From NCBI GenBank assembly GCA_963810925.1, contig CAWEPF010000008.1, positions 57,994 through 121,993 on the forward strand: a DNA stretch of 64,000 nucleotides. The letters run 5' to 3'. The position numbers and the translations under genes were made by a program. This DNA is from an uncultured Chloroflexia bacterium (GTDB lineage Bacteria > Chloroflexota > Limnocylindria > QHBO01). Under the pieces are notes generated by a model. The model saw only the letters and a list, made by a program, of their open reading frames with translations. It was not told where the DNA came from and made no database searches. The first letter of the stretch is position 1; each line of letters starts with the position of its first letter. Positions 47,794-56,400 of this stretch are shown piece after piece.

Positions 47794-49008
47794 TCAGGCC
47801 GTTGGTGGGGTCTCGCGCAGGTTGCGCCTCGCCTCCTCGAGGGTAAAGCCGCCACGGCGGCTGCGAATCCAGGCGCGCGAGTATCGGTAGCGCAGCGCCT
47901 CGTAGGCGATCAGCGCGACCATGACCGTCGCGACCAGGGCCAGCGACAGGAGCGCCGCGACGTTGAGGGCCACCGGGATGAGCACGATCAGCGCGATGGT
48001 GGCGGTGGGCCGGCCGCGGCCGAGGCCCCCACCAATCCGCAGCCGCGACGCGGTATGGGCGAAGAGGTACAGCGCTAATCCGCCGCACAGGCCCAGCGCG
48101 GGGATGGCCGGCAGCGGATCGCCCAGGTGGGCCATGGTGGTTTTCACCCCCAGGGCGAACAGCACGATCCCCGCCACCATGGGCAGGTGGAGATACGAGT
48201 ACAGGTCCCGGGCCAGGGCCACGCGCTCCGTCCCGGTTGCTTCCTGCAGTCGGGCCACCGCGATGTACAGGACCCAGTCGAAGTACGACCACCACAGGCA
48301 TGCCGCCACGAGGACGCCCAGCAGGGCGGCGACGATCAGGCCGGCATCGAGCGGAAGTCCTGCCGCTCCCAGTCCAATGGCCACGATGGACTCCCCCAGG
48401 GCGATGATCACGATCAATCCGTGGCGCTCGACGAAATGCTCGATCGAGACCCGCCATCCGCGCCCGCGGCCCAGCAGGGCGCCGAGATAGTCCAGCGCCA
48501 GGGCCAACGTCCAGACCGCCATTTGCGCAGGCCCAGACAGGAAGCCGGCGACGAGGATCAGGGTGGGACCGAGGATCGCGGTCGGACCGATCCGAAGCAC
48601 GGCTCCCTTGAGCTCCGGATCACCCCGACTGCCGATGCCATACAGGACCAGGTGCAGCACGCGGACCACCAGGTAGGCGACGCCGAAGATCACCCCATCG
48701 CTGCCGAATGCGTTGGGCGTGGCGAGCGCGGCGATCAACATCGCCCCCATCGAGCCGAACATGGCGAGCCGGACCGCCCCCTCCTCCGGGTCGAGGCTGT
48801 TCGTGAGCCATGCGTAGGCGGCCCACGCCCACCATAGGGCGCCGAGCAGGAGGAGACCCTGGTAGAGGCCCTCCCCCGTCGAGTGATCGGCCAGGAAGCC
48901 GGTCACCTGGGTGATGGCGAACACGAAGACCAGGTCGAAGAAGAGCTCCAGGGCGGTGACCCGGTGTTCGAGCTCGGCCCTGGGATCCGCGCTTGGAGAC
49001 GACTCCAT
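47794..49008 (-). CDS. Low-temperature-requirement A (LtrA) family membrane protein
   Basis: 404 aa. The N-terminal VTALELFFDLVFVFAITQV is the LtrA signature, and the protein is polytopic. Confidence 0.8.
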   Translation of the reverse strand: MESSPSADPRAELEHRVTALELFFDLVFVFAITQVTGFLADHSTGEGLYQGLLLLGALWWAWAAYAWLTNSLDPEEGAVRLAMFGSMGAMLIAALATPNAFGSDGVIFGVAYLVVRVLHLVLYGIGSRGDPELKGAVLRIGPTAILGPTLILVAGFLSGPAQMAVWTLALALDYLGALLGRGRGWRVSIEHFVERHGLIVIIALGESIVAIGLGAAGLPLDAGLIVAALLGVLVAACLWWSYFDWVLYIAVARLQEATGTERVALARDLYSYLHLPMVAGIVLFALGVKTTMAHLGDPLPAIPALGLCGGLALYLFAHTASRLRIGGGLGRGRPTATIALIVLIPVALNVAALLSLALVATVMVALIAYEALRYRYSRAWIRSRRGGFTLEEARRNLRETPPTA

Positions 49009-49142
49009 GGCCCAATCATCCGCCTTCAGGCGCGGCCCGAACAGGCGGAAGGCGGGGGTGCCTTCGGCCGGCGGGTTGTGGTGTAATCGGCCTCCCAGAC
49101 CGATGCAGCAGCGCCCGCCGGCGGGCGCGCCCGAGGTATCGC

Positions 49143-50474
49143 ATGACCGTCACCCCCACCCGCCACCTGACGTCCGAAGAGGTCGTCGCGCTCAACAAGC
49201 AGTACACGCTCTTCAGCTGGTCCGCGCAGAACAAGATCAACCCCATCGCCATGGATCACGGCGAGGGCATCTACTTCTGGGACGCGGACGGCAAGCGCTA
49301 CATCGACTTCAATAGCCAGCTGATGTCCGTGAACATCGGTCATGGCGACCGTCGCGTGGCCGACGCGATCGCGGAGCAGGCTCACCAGCTGGCCTTCGCC
49401 GCTCCCCAGTTTGCGACCGAGGTCCGCGGGCGGCTGGGTGAGCTGCTCGCCACGCTGACCCCGGGCAACCTGGACACCTTCTTCTTCACGCTGGGCGGGG
49501 CGGAAGCCAACGAGAACGCGCTGCGCATGGCGCGGATCACGACCGGGCGGCAGAAGGTCATCGCCCATCACCGCTCGTACCACGGCGCCACCGCCGGCTC
49601 GATCTCGGTGACCGGCGACCCCCGTCGCTGGGCCAACGAGCCGGGCGTGCCGGGCGTCATCAGGGTCCTCGACCCGTGGCGCTGGGGCCAGACCGAGCCG
49701 GAGCCGGTGGATCGCCAGCTGGAGTACCTCAACGAGGTCATCCAGTACGAGGGGCCGCACACCATCGCCGCCTTCATCCTCGAGACGGTGACCGGCACCA
49801 ACGGGATCCTGATCCCGCCCGACGGGTACCTCCAGGGCGTGCGCGCGCTCTGTGACAAGTACGGGATCCTGATGATCTGCGACGAAGTGATGGCCGGCTT
49901 CGGTCGCACGGGCCGATGGTTCGCGGTGGACCACTGGGACGTCGTGCCCGACCTGCTGACCATGGCAAAGGGACTCACCAGTTCGTACCTGCCGCTCGGC
50001 GCGGTGGCCATGAAGCCGGAGATCGCCCATTACTTCGACGACACGGTCTACTACGGCGGGCTGACCTACTCCGCCCATCCGGTGAGCTGCGCGGCGGCCA
50101 TCGCGGCGGTGGGCGTCCTGCGCGACGACGACTTGGTGGGCAACGCCGCCCGCCTGGGTCCGGTCATGCACGACCTGCTCCAGGACCTGCAGGCGCGTCA
50201 TCCGAGCGTGGGCACGACCCGCAACATCGGTTTGTTCGGGGTGATCGAGCTCGTCCGCAACCGCGAGACGATGGAGCCCATGACCGCCTTCAATGCCAGC
50301 TCCCCAGAGATGGCGGCCCTCGACAAGCGGCTGCGCGAGGACGGGCTGTACACGATGCAGCACTGGCACCAGGTCTTCACCAACCCACCGCTGTGCATCA
50401 CCGAGAACCAGCTGCGCGAGGCGTTCGGGATCGTCGATCAGGCGCTCGAGGTGACCGATGCCGCGGTCGCCTGA
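49143..50474 (+). CDS. Class III (omega) PLP-dependent aminotransferase
   Basis: 443 aa from ATG 49143, with GAGG 8 nt upstream. Motifs seen: LMICDEVMAGFGRTG and LTMAKGLTSSYLPLG (Lys). The track ORF starts further upstream at 48993. Confidence 0.85.
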   Translation: MTVTPTRHLTSEEVVALNKQYTLFSWSAQNKINPIAMDHGEGIYFWDADGKRYIDFNSQLMSVNIGHGDRRVADAIAEQAHQLAFAAPQFATEVRGRLGELLATLTPGNLDTFFFTLGGAEANENALRMARITTGRQKVIAHHRSYHGATAGSISVTGDPRRWANEPGVPGVIRVLDPWRWGQTEPEPVDRQLEYLNEVIQYEGPHTIAAFILETVTGTNGILIPPDGYLQGVRALCDKYGILMICDEVMAGFGRTGRWFAVDHWDVVPDLLTMAKGLTSSYLPLGAVAMKPEIAHYFDDTVYYGGLTYSAHPVSCAAAIAAVGVLRDDDLVGNAARLGPVMHDLLQDLQARHPSVGTTRNIGLFGVIELVRNRETMEPMTAFNASSPEMAALDKRLREDGLYTMQHWHQVFTNPPLCITENQLREAFGIVDQALEVTDAAVA

Positions 50475-50512
50475 GCGACCGCTGACGCACTCTCCGGCCT
50501 GATGACGGCCCG

Positions 50513-51397
50513 ATGACCGCCGGCACCACGACCGGATCGGTTCGGGCCAGCCGCCGCCGGCGGCTCGTGTTCTTCGTCCTGTTCATCGTGGGTATTGCCG
50601 TCCTGTGGGAGGGCCTCAAGGTCCTCGGCGGCGACCCGTATCGGGTCGACGGGCAGGTCGTCTGGACGCCGCCCCTGGACATTGGGATGGCCAGCGACGT
50701 CAACATGCCGCACATCTGGGTCATCTTTCAGCGCCTCCCCGAGCCGCTGACGTCGGGTGCGGACCAGACCCTGTTCGGATACCTCCTCGACCAGTCGCTG
50801 TACACCCTGCGCGCGGCGTTCATCGGGTTCACGATCGGGGGGCTATTAGGGATCGGCCTGGCGGTGGCCTTCGTCCACTCGGGCCTCATCGAACGCGCGT
50901 TCGTCCCGTATGTCGTCGCCAGCCAGACGATCCCGATCATCGCGCTCGCCCCGCTGATCGTGTACCTGGTGGGACAGAACGTCACGAGCGTGGTCATCGT
51001 GGCCACCTACCTCAGCTTCTTCCCGGTGACGATCGCCATGCTCCGCGGCCTCCGCTCCCCGGACCCGCGGGCGCTGGAGCTGATGCGCTCGTACGCTGCA
51101 TCCAAGCGCGCCGTCCTGTGGAAGGTGCGCTTTCCCGCTTCGTTGCCGTATCTCATGACCGCCCTGAAGATCACGGCCACGGCCAGCATCGTGGGCGCCA
51201 TCGTGGGCGAGGGGTCCGGCAGCCTCCAGGCGGGCCTGGGACGGGCCTTGGTGTTCTTCTCGCAGCAGTACACGGTCGCTCCCGAGAAGCTGTGGGGCGC
51301 CATCCTGTTCACCTCCGGGGTCGGAATCATCTGCTACGCGCTCGTCCGGCTGGTTGAGCTGCGCGTGATCCGGGTCCAGCCCGGCGTGGAAACCTGA
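50513..51397 (+). CDS. ABC transporter permease (NitT/TauT family)
   Basis: 294 aa with 6 TM helices and an EAA-like loop (LELMRSYAASKRAVLWKVRFPASLPY). Confidence 0.85.
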   Translation: MTAGTTTGSVRASRRRRLVFFVLFIVGIAVLWEGLKVLGGDPYRVDGQVVWTPPLDIGMASDVNMPHIWVIFQRLPEPLTSGADQTLFGYLLDQSLYTLRAAFIGFTIGGLLGIGLAVAFVHSGLIERAFVPYVVASQTIPIIALAPLIVYLVGQNVTSVVIVATYLSFFPVTIAMLRGLRSPDPRALELMRSYAASKRAVLWKVRFPASLPYLMTALKITATASIVGAIVGEGSGSLQAGLGRALVFFSQQYTVAPEKLWGAILFTSGVGIICYALVRLVELRVIRVQPGVET

Positions 51398-52248
51398 TGA
51401 CCGCGACCGACACCGGAAAACCCGTCGTTCGCCTGACCGGGGTCAGCAAGTCCTTCGGCGAAGCCGGATCGAGCTCGTCGCCGCCGACGGTCGCCCTGAG
51501 CGACATCAGCCTCGACATCCACCAGGGCGAGTTCATCTCGCTGATCGGTCCATCCGGCTGCGGAAAGTCCACCCTGCTTCGTTTGATCGGCGACCTCACC
51601 GAGCCCACGAGCGGCGGGGTTCAGGTCAACGGCAAGGCGGCGGCCCAGGCCCGGCTGGACCGCGACTACGGGATGGTCTTCCAGTCCCCCACCCTGTTCG
51701 ACTGGCGGACGGTGGAGGACAACGTCCGACTGCCACTCGAGCTGTTCGGCTACGACAGAACTGCCCAGACCGAAAAGATCCGCGAGATGCTGGAGCTGGT
51801 GGCGCTGACCGATTTCGCCGGCCACCACCCGTACCAGCTGTCGGGCGGGATGCAGCAGCGGGTGGCGATCGCCCGCGCCCTGGCCTTCTCGCCCACCCTG
51901 CTGCTCATGGACGAGCCCTTCGGGGCGCTGGACGAGATGACCCGCGAACGGATGAACTCCGAGGTATTGAGCATCTGGGAGCGGACCGGGATCACCGTCA
52001 TCTTCGTGACCCACTCAATCCCGGAGGCCGTCTTCCTCTCGACCCGGGTGGCGGTCATGAGCGCCCGTCCCGGTCGCATCACGCGTCTCGTGAACGTGGG
52101 CCTGCCCCGGCCGCGCGGGCTGGACACCCGCGAGAGCCCGTCCTACTTCGCGTACATCACCGAGGTGCGCGAGGCGCTCCGCGCTGGAGAGGGCGAGGCT
52201 GATCTCGCGTCACCCGAGCGAACGGCAGCGGAAGGGCTGATCGGCTGA
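51397..52248 (+). CDS. ABC transporter ATP-binding protein (NitT/TauT family)
   Basis: Walker A is GPSGCGKST, the signature is LSGGMQQR and Walker B is LLLMDEPF. The start overlaps the upstream stop (TGATG). Confidence 0.9.
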   Translation: MTATDTGKPVVRLTGVSKSFGEAGSSSSPPTVALSDISLDIHQGEFISLIGPSGCGKSTLLRLIGDLTEPTSGGVQVNGKAAAQARLDRDYGMVFQSPTLFDWRTVEDNVRLPLELFGYDRTAQTEKIREMLELVALTDFAGHHPYQLSGGMQQRVAIARALAFSPTLLLMDEPFGALDEMTRERMNSEVLSIWERTGITVIFVTHSIPEAVFLSTRVAVMSARPGRITRLVNVGLPRPRGLDTRESPSYFAYITEVREALRAGEGEADLASPERTAAEGLIG

Positions 52249-53033
52249 TGCAGACCCTGCGCCAATACGTCCCGGCCGCGCTCATCCTCATCGGTGTGCT
52301 GGTGGCCTGGGAGGTCCTGGTCCAGGCCTCCGGCGTCGAGGGATTCATCCTTCCCGCCCCGTCTGCCATCTGGGCAGCCCTCGTGGCGAACTGGACTGAT
52401 GGCTACGCCATTCTGGAGGCCGCCAAGGTGACCCTGTTCGAGGCCCTGGGCGGCTTGCTGCTGGGCACCTTCCTGGGCGTCTCGACCGCGTTCATCGTCT
52501 CGCGCTTCCCGACCTCGCGAGACACCGTGCTGCCGCTGGCGATCGCGATCAACGCCATCCCGATCATTGCCTTCGCCCCGGTGGCCAACAACTGGTTCGG
52601 TATCACGAGTCCGCTCTCGAAGATGGCGATCGCGGCCACCCTGGTGTACTTCCCGATGATGATCAGCACGCTGCGCGGCCTGACCCAGGTCGAGCCATCA
52701 GCCCTGGAGCTGATGCGCTCCTACGCGGCCGGACCGACGGCGGTCACCCGCCAGGTCCGCGTGCCAAATGCGCTCCCGTTCTTCCTGACCGGGCTCAAGG
52801 TGGCCACCACCCTGAGCCTGATCGGTGCGGTGGTGGGCGAGTACTTCGGTGGGCTGAGCGCGACGCTGGGCCGCGTGGTCGTGGCGGCGGCCAGCGGGCT
52901 GAAGTTCGACGTGACCTGGGCGGCCATCCTGGTGGTGTCCCTCACGGGAATCGTGATGTACCTGATGGTCGTGGGCCTGGAACGGCTGCTCATCCCGTGG
53001 CACCCCTCCATCCGCGGCGACAAGGTGGCCTGA
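52248..53033 (+). CDS. ABC transporter permease (NitT/TauT family)
   Basis: 261 aa and paralogous to 50513..51397 (LELMRSYAAGPTAVTRQVRVPNALPF). It has a TGATG overlap with the ATPase gene. Confidence 0.85.
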   Translation: MQTLRQYVPAALILIGVLVAWEVLVQASGVEGFILPAPSAIWAALVANWTDGYAILEAAKVTLFEALGGLLLGTFLGVSTAFIVSRFPTSRDTVLPLAIAINAIPIIAFAPVANNWFGITSPLSKMAIAATLVYFPMMISTLRGLTQVEPSALELMRSYAAGPTAVTRQVRVPNALPFFLTGLKVATTLSLIGAVVGEYFGGLSATLGRVVVAAASGLKFDVTWAAILVVSLTGIVMYLMVVGLERLLIPWHPSIRGDKVA

Positions 53034-53148
53034 CAGGCGACGGCCCGACGGGCGACCGGGGGCGGAAGACGGCTTGCCGGCCAACCTGCCTGAGTAGAAT
53101 CACCATTCACGGATGGCCCTGCCCGGGCCGTCGCACTGAGGAGTGGAG

Positions 53149-54327
53149 ATGAGGGTCACACGAGCTTTTGGTGTGCTGGTCGTCGCGGCCAGCCTGTTCC
53201 TCGCCGCGTGTCAGTCAAGCGCGAGCGAGAGTCCCTCGGCGTCGGAGGCGGCCTCGGGGAGCGCGGCTCCCAGCCAGGAGTCCTACGAGCCGGCCACCGT
53301 CAGCCTCCAGCTGCAGTGGACCGACCAGGCCCAGTTCGCCGGGTACTACGCGGCGGTCGAGCAGGGCTACTACGACGACGTTGCCCTGACCGTGAACATC
53401 CTGCCGGGCGGCGGCACCATCGTCCCGCAGCAGGTTGGATCGGCGCCCGACGGCCCCGAATTCACCATTGCCTGGATGCCCAAGGTGCTCGAGGCACGCG
53501 AGGCAGGATCAGACCTGGTCCATCTGGCCCAGATCTTCCAGCGGTCCGCCACCCTGTCCGTGGCCTGGGCCGATAGCGGCATCACCGAGGTGTCCGACTG
53601 GGCCGGCAAGAAGATCGGCGCCTGGCCGTTCGGCAACGAGCTCGAGGTCCTGGCCTCGGCCAAGATCCTGGCCAACCTCGTCGAGCCCACCGACTTCACC
53701 CGGGTCGAGCAGGACTTCGACATGAACGAGCTCATTGCCGCCCAGGACGGATGCACGTCGTCCGACTCGGACTGCGTGAACGTTGCCGAGGCGATGGTCT
53801 ACAACGAGTGGGCGCAGCTGCTCGAGGCAACTGATCCCACGACCGGCGACCTGTTCCAGCCGGACCAGTTCTTCGTGTTCAACTACAACGACCTGGGCAC
53901 CGCCATGCTGCAGGACGGGCTGTGGGCCCGCCAGTCGTGGCTGGACGAGGGGAACAACACCGAAGTCGCCCAGCGCTTCCTCGAGGCCTCGTTCAAGGGC
54001 TGGATGTACTGCCGCGATCATCCCGATGACTGCGTCCAGTACTCCATCGACCGGGGCAGCATCTGGGGCAAGGGCCACCTCACCTGGATGATGAACGAGA
54101 TCAACAAGCTCGTCTGGCCGGCGCCGGACGGGATTGGCGCGCTGGACCAGGACGTCCTGGCCCAGACCATCGACACGGCCACGGCGGCGGGCATCCTCGC
54201 CACGGAGCCAGACGATGCGGCGTTCAACTCGGACATCATCGCGGCGGCGTGGGCCGACCTGACCGGCGACACGACCGGCGAGAGCTGGGAAGCGCCCGTG
54301 GTGGAGATCAGCCCCGGCGGCGAGTGA
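53149..54327 (+). CDS. ABC transporter substrate-binding lipoprotein (NMT1/THI5-like, NitT/TauT family)
   Basis: The lipobox is LFLAAC. The core LQLQWTDQAQFAGYYAAVEQGYYDD is typical of NMT1-like binding proteins. ATG 53149 has GAGGAG upstream; the track starts at GTG 53143. Confidence 0.8.
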   Translation: MRVTRAFGVLVVAASLFLAACQSSASESPSASEAASGSAAPSQESYEPATVSLQLQWTDQAQFAGYYAAVEQGYYDDVALTVNILPGGGTIVPQQVGSAPDGPEFTIAWMPKVLEAREAGSDLVHLAQIFQRSATLSVAWADSGITEVSDWAGKKIGAWPFGNELEVLASAKILANLVEPTDFTRVEQDFDMNELIAAQDGCTSSDSDCVNVAEAMVYNEWAQLLEATDPTTGDLFQPDQFFVFNYNDLGTAMLQDGLWARQSWLDEGNNTEVAQRFLEASFKGWMYCRDHPDDCVQYSIDRGSIWGKGHLTWMMNEINKLVWPAPDGIGALDQDVLAQTIDTATAAGILATEPDDAAFNSDIIAAAWADLTGDTTGESWEAPVVEISPGGE

Positions 54328-54362
54328 GCCAATGGGCTGATCAGCCCCTGTTCGAGACCGAT

Positions 54363-54392
54363 GAGAGGCCCCTCGTCCGCGAGGGGCCTCTC
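54363..54392. terminator. Strong bidirectional stem-loop between convergent genes
   Basis: GAGAGGCCCCTCGtccgCGAGGGGCCTCTC is a perfect 13-bp stem with a 4-nt loop. It is preceded by the palindrome GGGCTGATCAGCCC (54334..54347). It lies between the stops at 54327 (+) and 54394 (-). There is no U-tract. Confidence 0.6.
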
Positions 54393-54393
54393 G

Positions 54394-55590
54394 CTACGCC
54401 GGGGCCAGTGGCGGGGAGGCGCCCGGCTCCGCGGGTAGGTTCGGCTCGGCGCGACGGACGAGCGGCGGCATCAAGGGCGGGACGAGGATGCTGGTGATGA
54501 CCACCATGCCCACCACGACGACGTAGAGGTCCGCTCCGAAGGCTCCGGCAGCCAACGCCAGCCCGGCGACGATGATCTCGACCTCGCCACGGGGGACCAT
54601 CGCCCACCCGATCAGCGTCGCCCGGGCGCGACCCAGGCCCAGGGCGCCGAGGAACGCGCCCCCGAACTTCGCGACGACGGCAAGCGCCGTCACTCCCACC
54701 ACGAGACCAACGGTTGATGGTGTCGCGAACACGGTCAGGTCCACCTGGGCGCCCACGAACCCGAAGAAGAACGGCGTGAACAGGGCCGCGATGGGCGCTG
54801 TTTCCTTTTCCAGCGCCTCACGCTCGGAGGACTCACCCACGACCATGCCCGCCAGGAACGCACCGATGATCGCGGCCAGGCCGATGGCCGCCGCCAGGGC
54901 TGCCAGGCCGAGCATCACGATCATCCCCGGCAGCAGTGGCGTCTCCGCGAACTTCGGGGCGGTCAGGAGGGACGGGCGGCGAGAGAGGATGCCGGTTCCG
55001 GCAACCAGGACGATGCCAATGAACGCGGCGGCCAGCCCAAGTGTGAGGAGGATCTCCACCGCGTCCACGCCACCCGACGCCATGCCCACCGCCACGGCGA
55101 CGATGAGCATGGCCAGGACGTCATCGATGATCGCGGCGCCCAGCACGACCCGTCCCGATGTCGTTCCCAGAGCACCAAGGTGGTCGAGCGCGCGCGACGT
55201 GATGCCCACCGAGGTTGCGGTCAGGGTCGCGGCGAAGAACATGCGCCCGACCAGCGGCAGCCCAATGGCGGTTGCGACCGCGAACCCGCCGATGAAGGGC
55301 AGGACGACGCCCAGCACGGCGACGAGGAACGCCGTCCCCCCGACCCGGACCAGGTCGCCGACGCGCGTGTGCACCCCGATTTCGAAGAGCAGGAGCACGG
55401 CGCCGATCTGGGCGAACAGCTCGGTCTCGGGCGAAATCTCGTACCAGCCCAGGAGCGCCGGCCCCACGATCACCCCGGCCAGGATCTCCCCAACGAGCGT
55501 GGGCTGACCGATGCGCTTGAACAGCTCGTCACCGATCTTCGTGGCCAGCAGCAGGATGAAGAGCTGGAACAGGATCTCGGCCACCGGCAT
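54394..55590 (-). CDS. Cation:proton antiporter (CPA2/Kef-type Na+/H+ exchanger family)
   Basis: 398 aa starting at MPVAEILFQLFILLLATKIGDELFKRIGQPTLVGEILAGVIVGP, with AGGAG 8 nt upstream. The N-terminal 110 aa of the track ORF are Arg-rich non-coding read-through. Confidence 0.85.
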   Translation of the reverse strand: MPVAEILFQLFILLLATKIGDELFKRIGQPTLVGEILAGVIVGPALLGWYEISPETELFAQIGAVLLLFEIGVHTRVGDLVRVGGTAFLVAVLGVVLPFIGGFAVATAIGLPLVGRMFFAATLTATSVGITSRALDHLGALGTTSGRVVLGAAIIDDVLAMLIVAVAVGMASGGVDAVEILLTLGLAAAFIGIVLVAGTGILSRRPSLLTAPKFAETPLLPGMIVMLGLAALAAAIGLAAIIGAFLAGMVVGESSEREALEKETAPIAALFTPFFFGFVGAQVDLTVFATPSTVGLVVGVTALAVVAKFGGAFLGALGLGRARATLIGWAMVPRGEVEIIVAGLALAAGAFGADLYVVVVGMVVITSILVPPLMPPLVRRAEPNLPAEPGASPPLAPA

Positions 55591-55605
55591 CGGTCCACTC
55601 CTGAC

Positions 55606-55640
55606 GATGAAAAAGACTGCGCGAAACGGTTGCGCAGTCT
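55606..55640 (-). terminator. Intrinsic terminator-like hairpin with U-tract
   Basis: The minus strand reads AGACTGCGCaaccgtttcGCGCAGTCTTTTTCATCG, a 9-bp perfect stem followed by T5. It lies between the HAD gene stop (55688) and the antiporter RBS and start (55590). Confidence 0.6.
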
Positions 55641-55687
55641 CCACCTGTGGACCGGCGATATCGGCCCGGTCCGGCCGGAGCGGGAGT

Positions 55688-56362
55688 CTAGCCCGAGGCT
55701 GGCGGGGGCGGCAAGGCCGTGAATGCCGATTCGATACGAGCTGCAAGCTCCGCCAGCGAGTCGACCACGAGCGACGGAGCGAAGTCCGGGGGGAGCTCCT
55801 GGATCTGGCCCCACGGCCCGCGGCGGAGCCAGATCGAGCGGAATCCGGCCGCGACCGACGGCAGCACGTCGTTGTCCACCCGATCACCCACGTGCGCGAC
55901 CGATGCCGGATCCGGTCCACCGAGCAGCTCCAGGACGCGGGCGAAGTACGCGGGTGACGGCTTGGCCACCGCCATTTCCGCCGACATGGCGATGCGCTCC
56001 ACGGGCAGGTCCAGCGCCCTCAGCTCGCCGGTCCGACTGGCAGGCTGGTTGCCGAAGATGGCGAGCCGGTAGCCGGCGTCGACCATGCTCGCCATGGATG
56101 GACGAACGTCGGGATACAGGTCGGCCTCGGTGAATCCGCCATATGCCGCCTCCAGCTCGTCGCGGCGCGACTCCCAGTGGGGCAGGCCCAGGGCCGAGAA
56201 GACCTCCTGGTGGGCGCCGCCGCGCGCGATCACGGCTCCCAGCACCGCCATGAAGGTCAGGCGCGGTATCCCGCACACGTCGGCCCACGCGGACCACACC
56301 CGGGTTTCATCCACCAGGGTTTCGCCCACGTCAAAGACCACCCATCGGTCCATCTCGACCAC
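55688..56362 (-). CDS. HAD superfamily hydrolase
   Basis: 224 aa. VVFDVGETL is HAD motif I (DxG/DxT variant) and VGDRVDNDV is motif IV. Confidence 0.75.
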   Translation of the reverse strand: MVEMDRWVVFDVGETLVDETRVWSAWADVCGIPRLTFMAVLGAVIARGGAHQEVFSALGLPHWESRRDELEAAYGGFTEADLYPDVRPSMASMVDAGYRLAIFGNQPASRTGELRALDLPVERIAMSAEMAVAKPSPAYFARVLELLGGPDPASVAHVGDRVDNDVLPSVAAGFRSIWLRRGPWGQIQELPPDFAPSLVVDSLAELAARIESAFTALPPPPASG

Positions 56363-56400
56363 GGCGTGACTCTACCGGCTTCGGGTAGGATCGGGCCCCG

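Noticed and set aside
53085-53110. A TPP riboswitch upstream of the NMT1/THI5-like binding protein, because of ACCTGCCTGAGTAG.
   Set aside because: The conserved GGGGTGC..CTGAGA..ACCCTT..pyrimidine-sensor helices are not present. Only a short CTGAG resemblance was seen.
34717-55590. Recurrent GACCGATG context at several minus-strand start codons (34719, 42635, 43655, 44526, 55590).
   Set aside because: The same heptamer occurs many times inside coding regions, as common ATC-GGT-C / GAC-CGA-TG codon strings. It is not demonstrably enriched at starts.
54394-55920. A 508-aa form of the antiporter, and similar N-terminal extensions of track ORFs 8012..9121, 8911..9975, 39418..40212, 41740..42603, 48993..50474 and 60688..62001.
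   Set aside because: The extensions are Arg/Pro-rich, overlap upstream genes or structured non-coding DNA, and precede an internal start that has an RBS or a 4-nt overlap with the upstream stop and a canonical family N-terminus.
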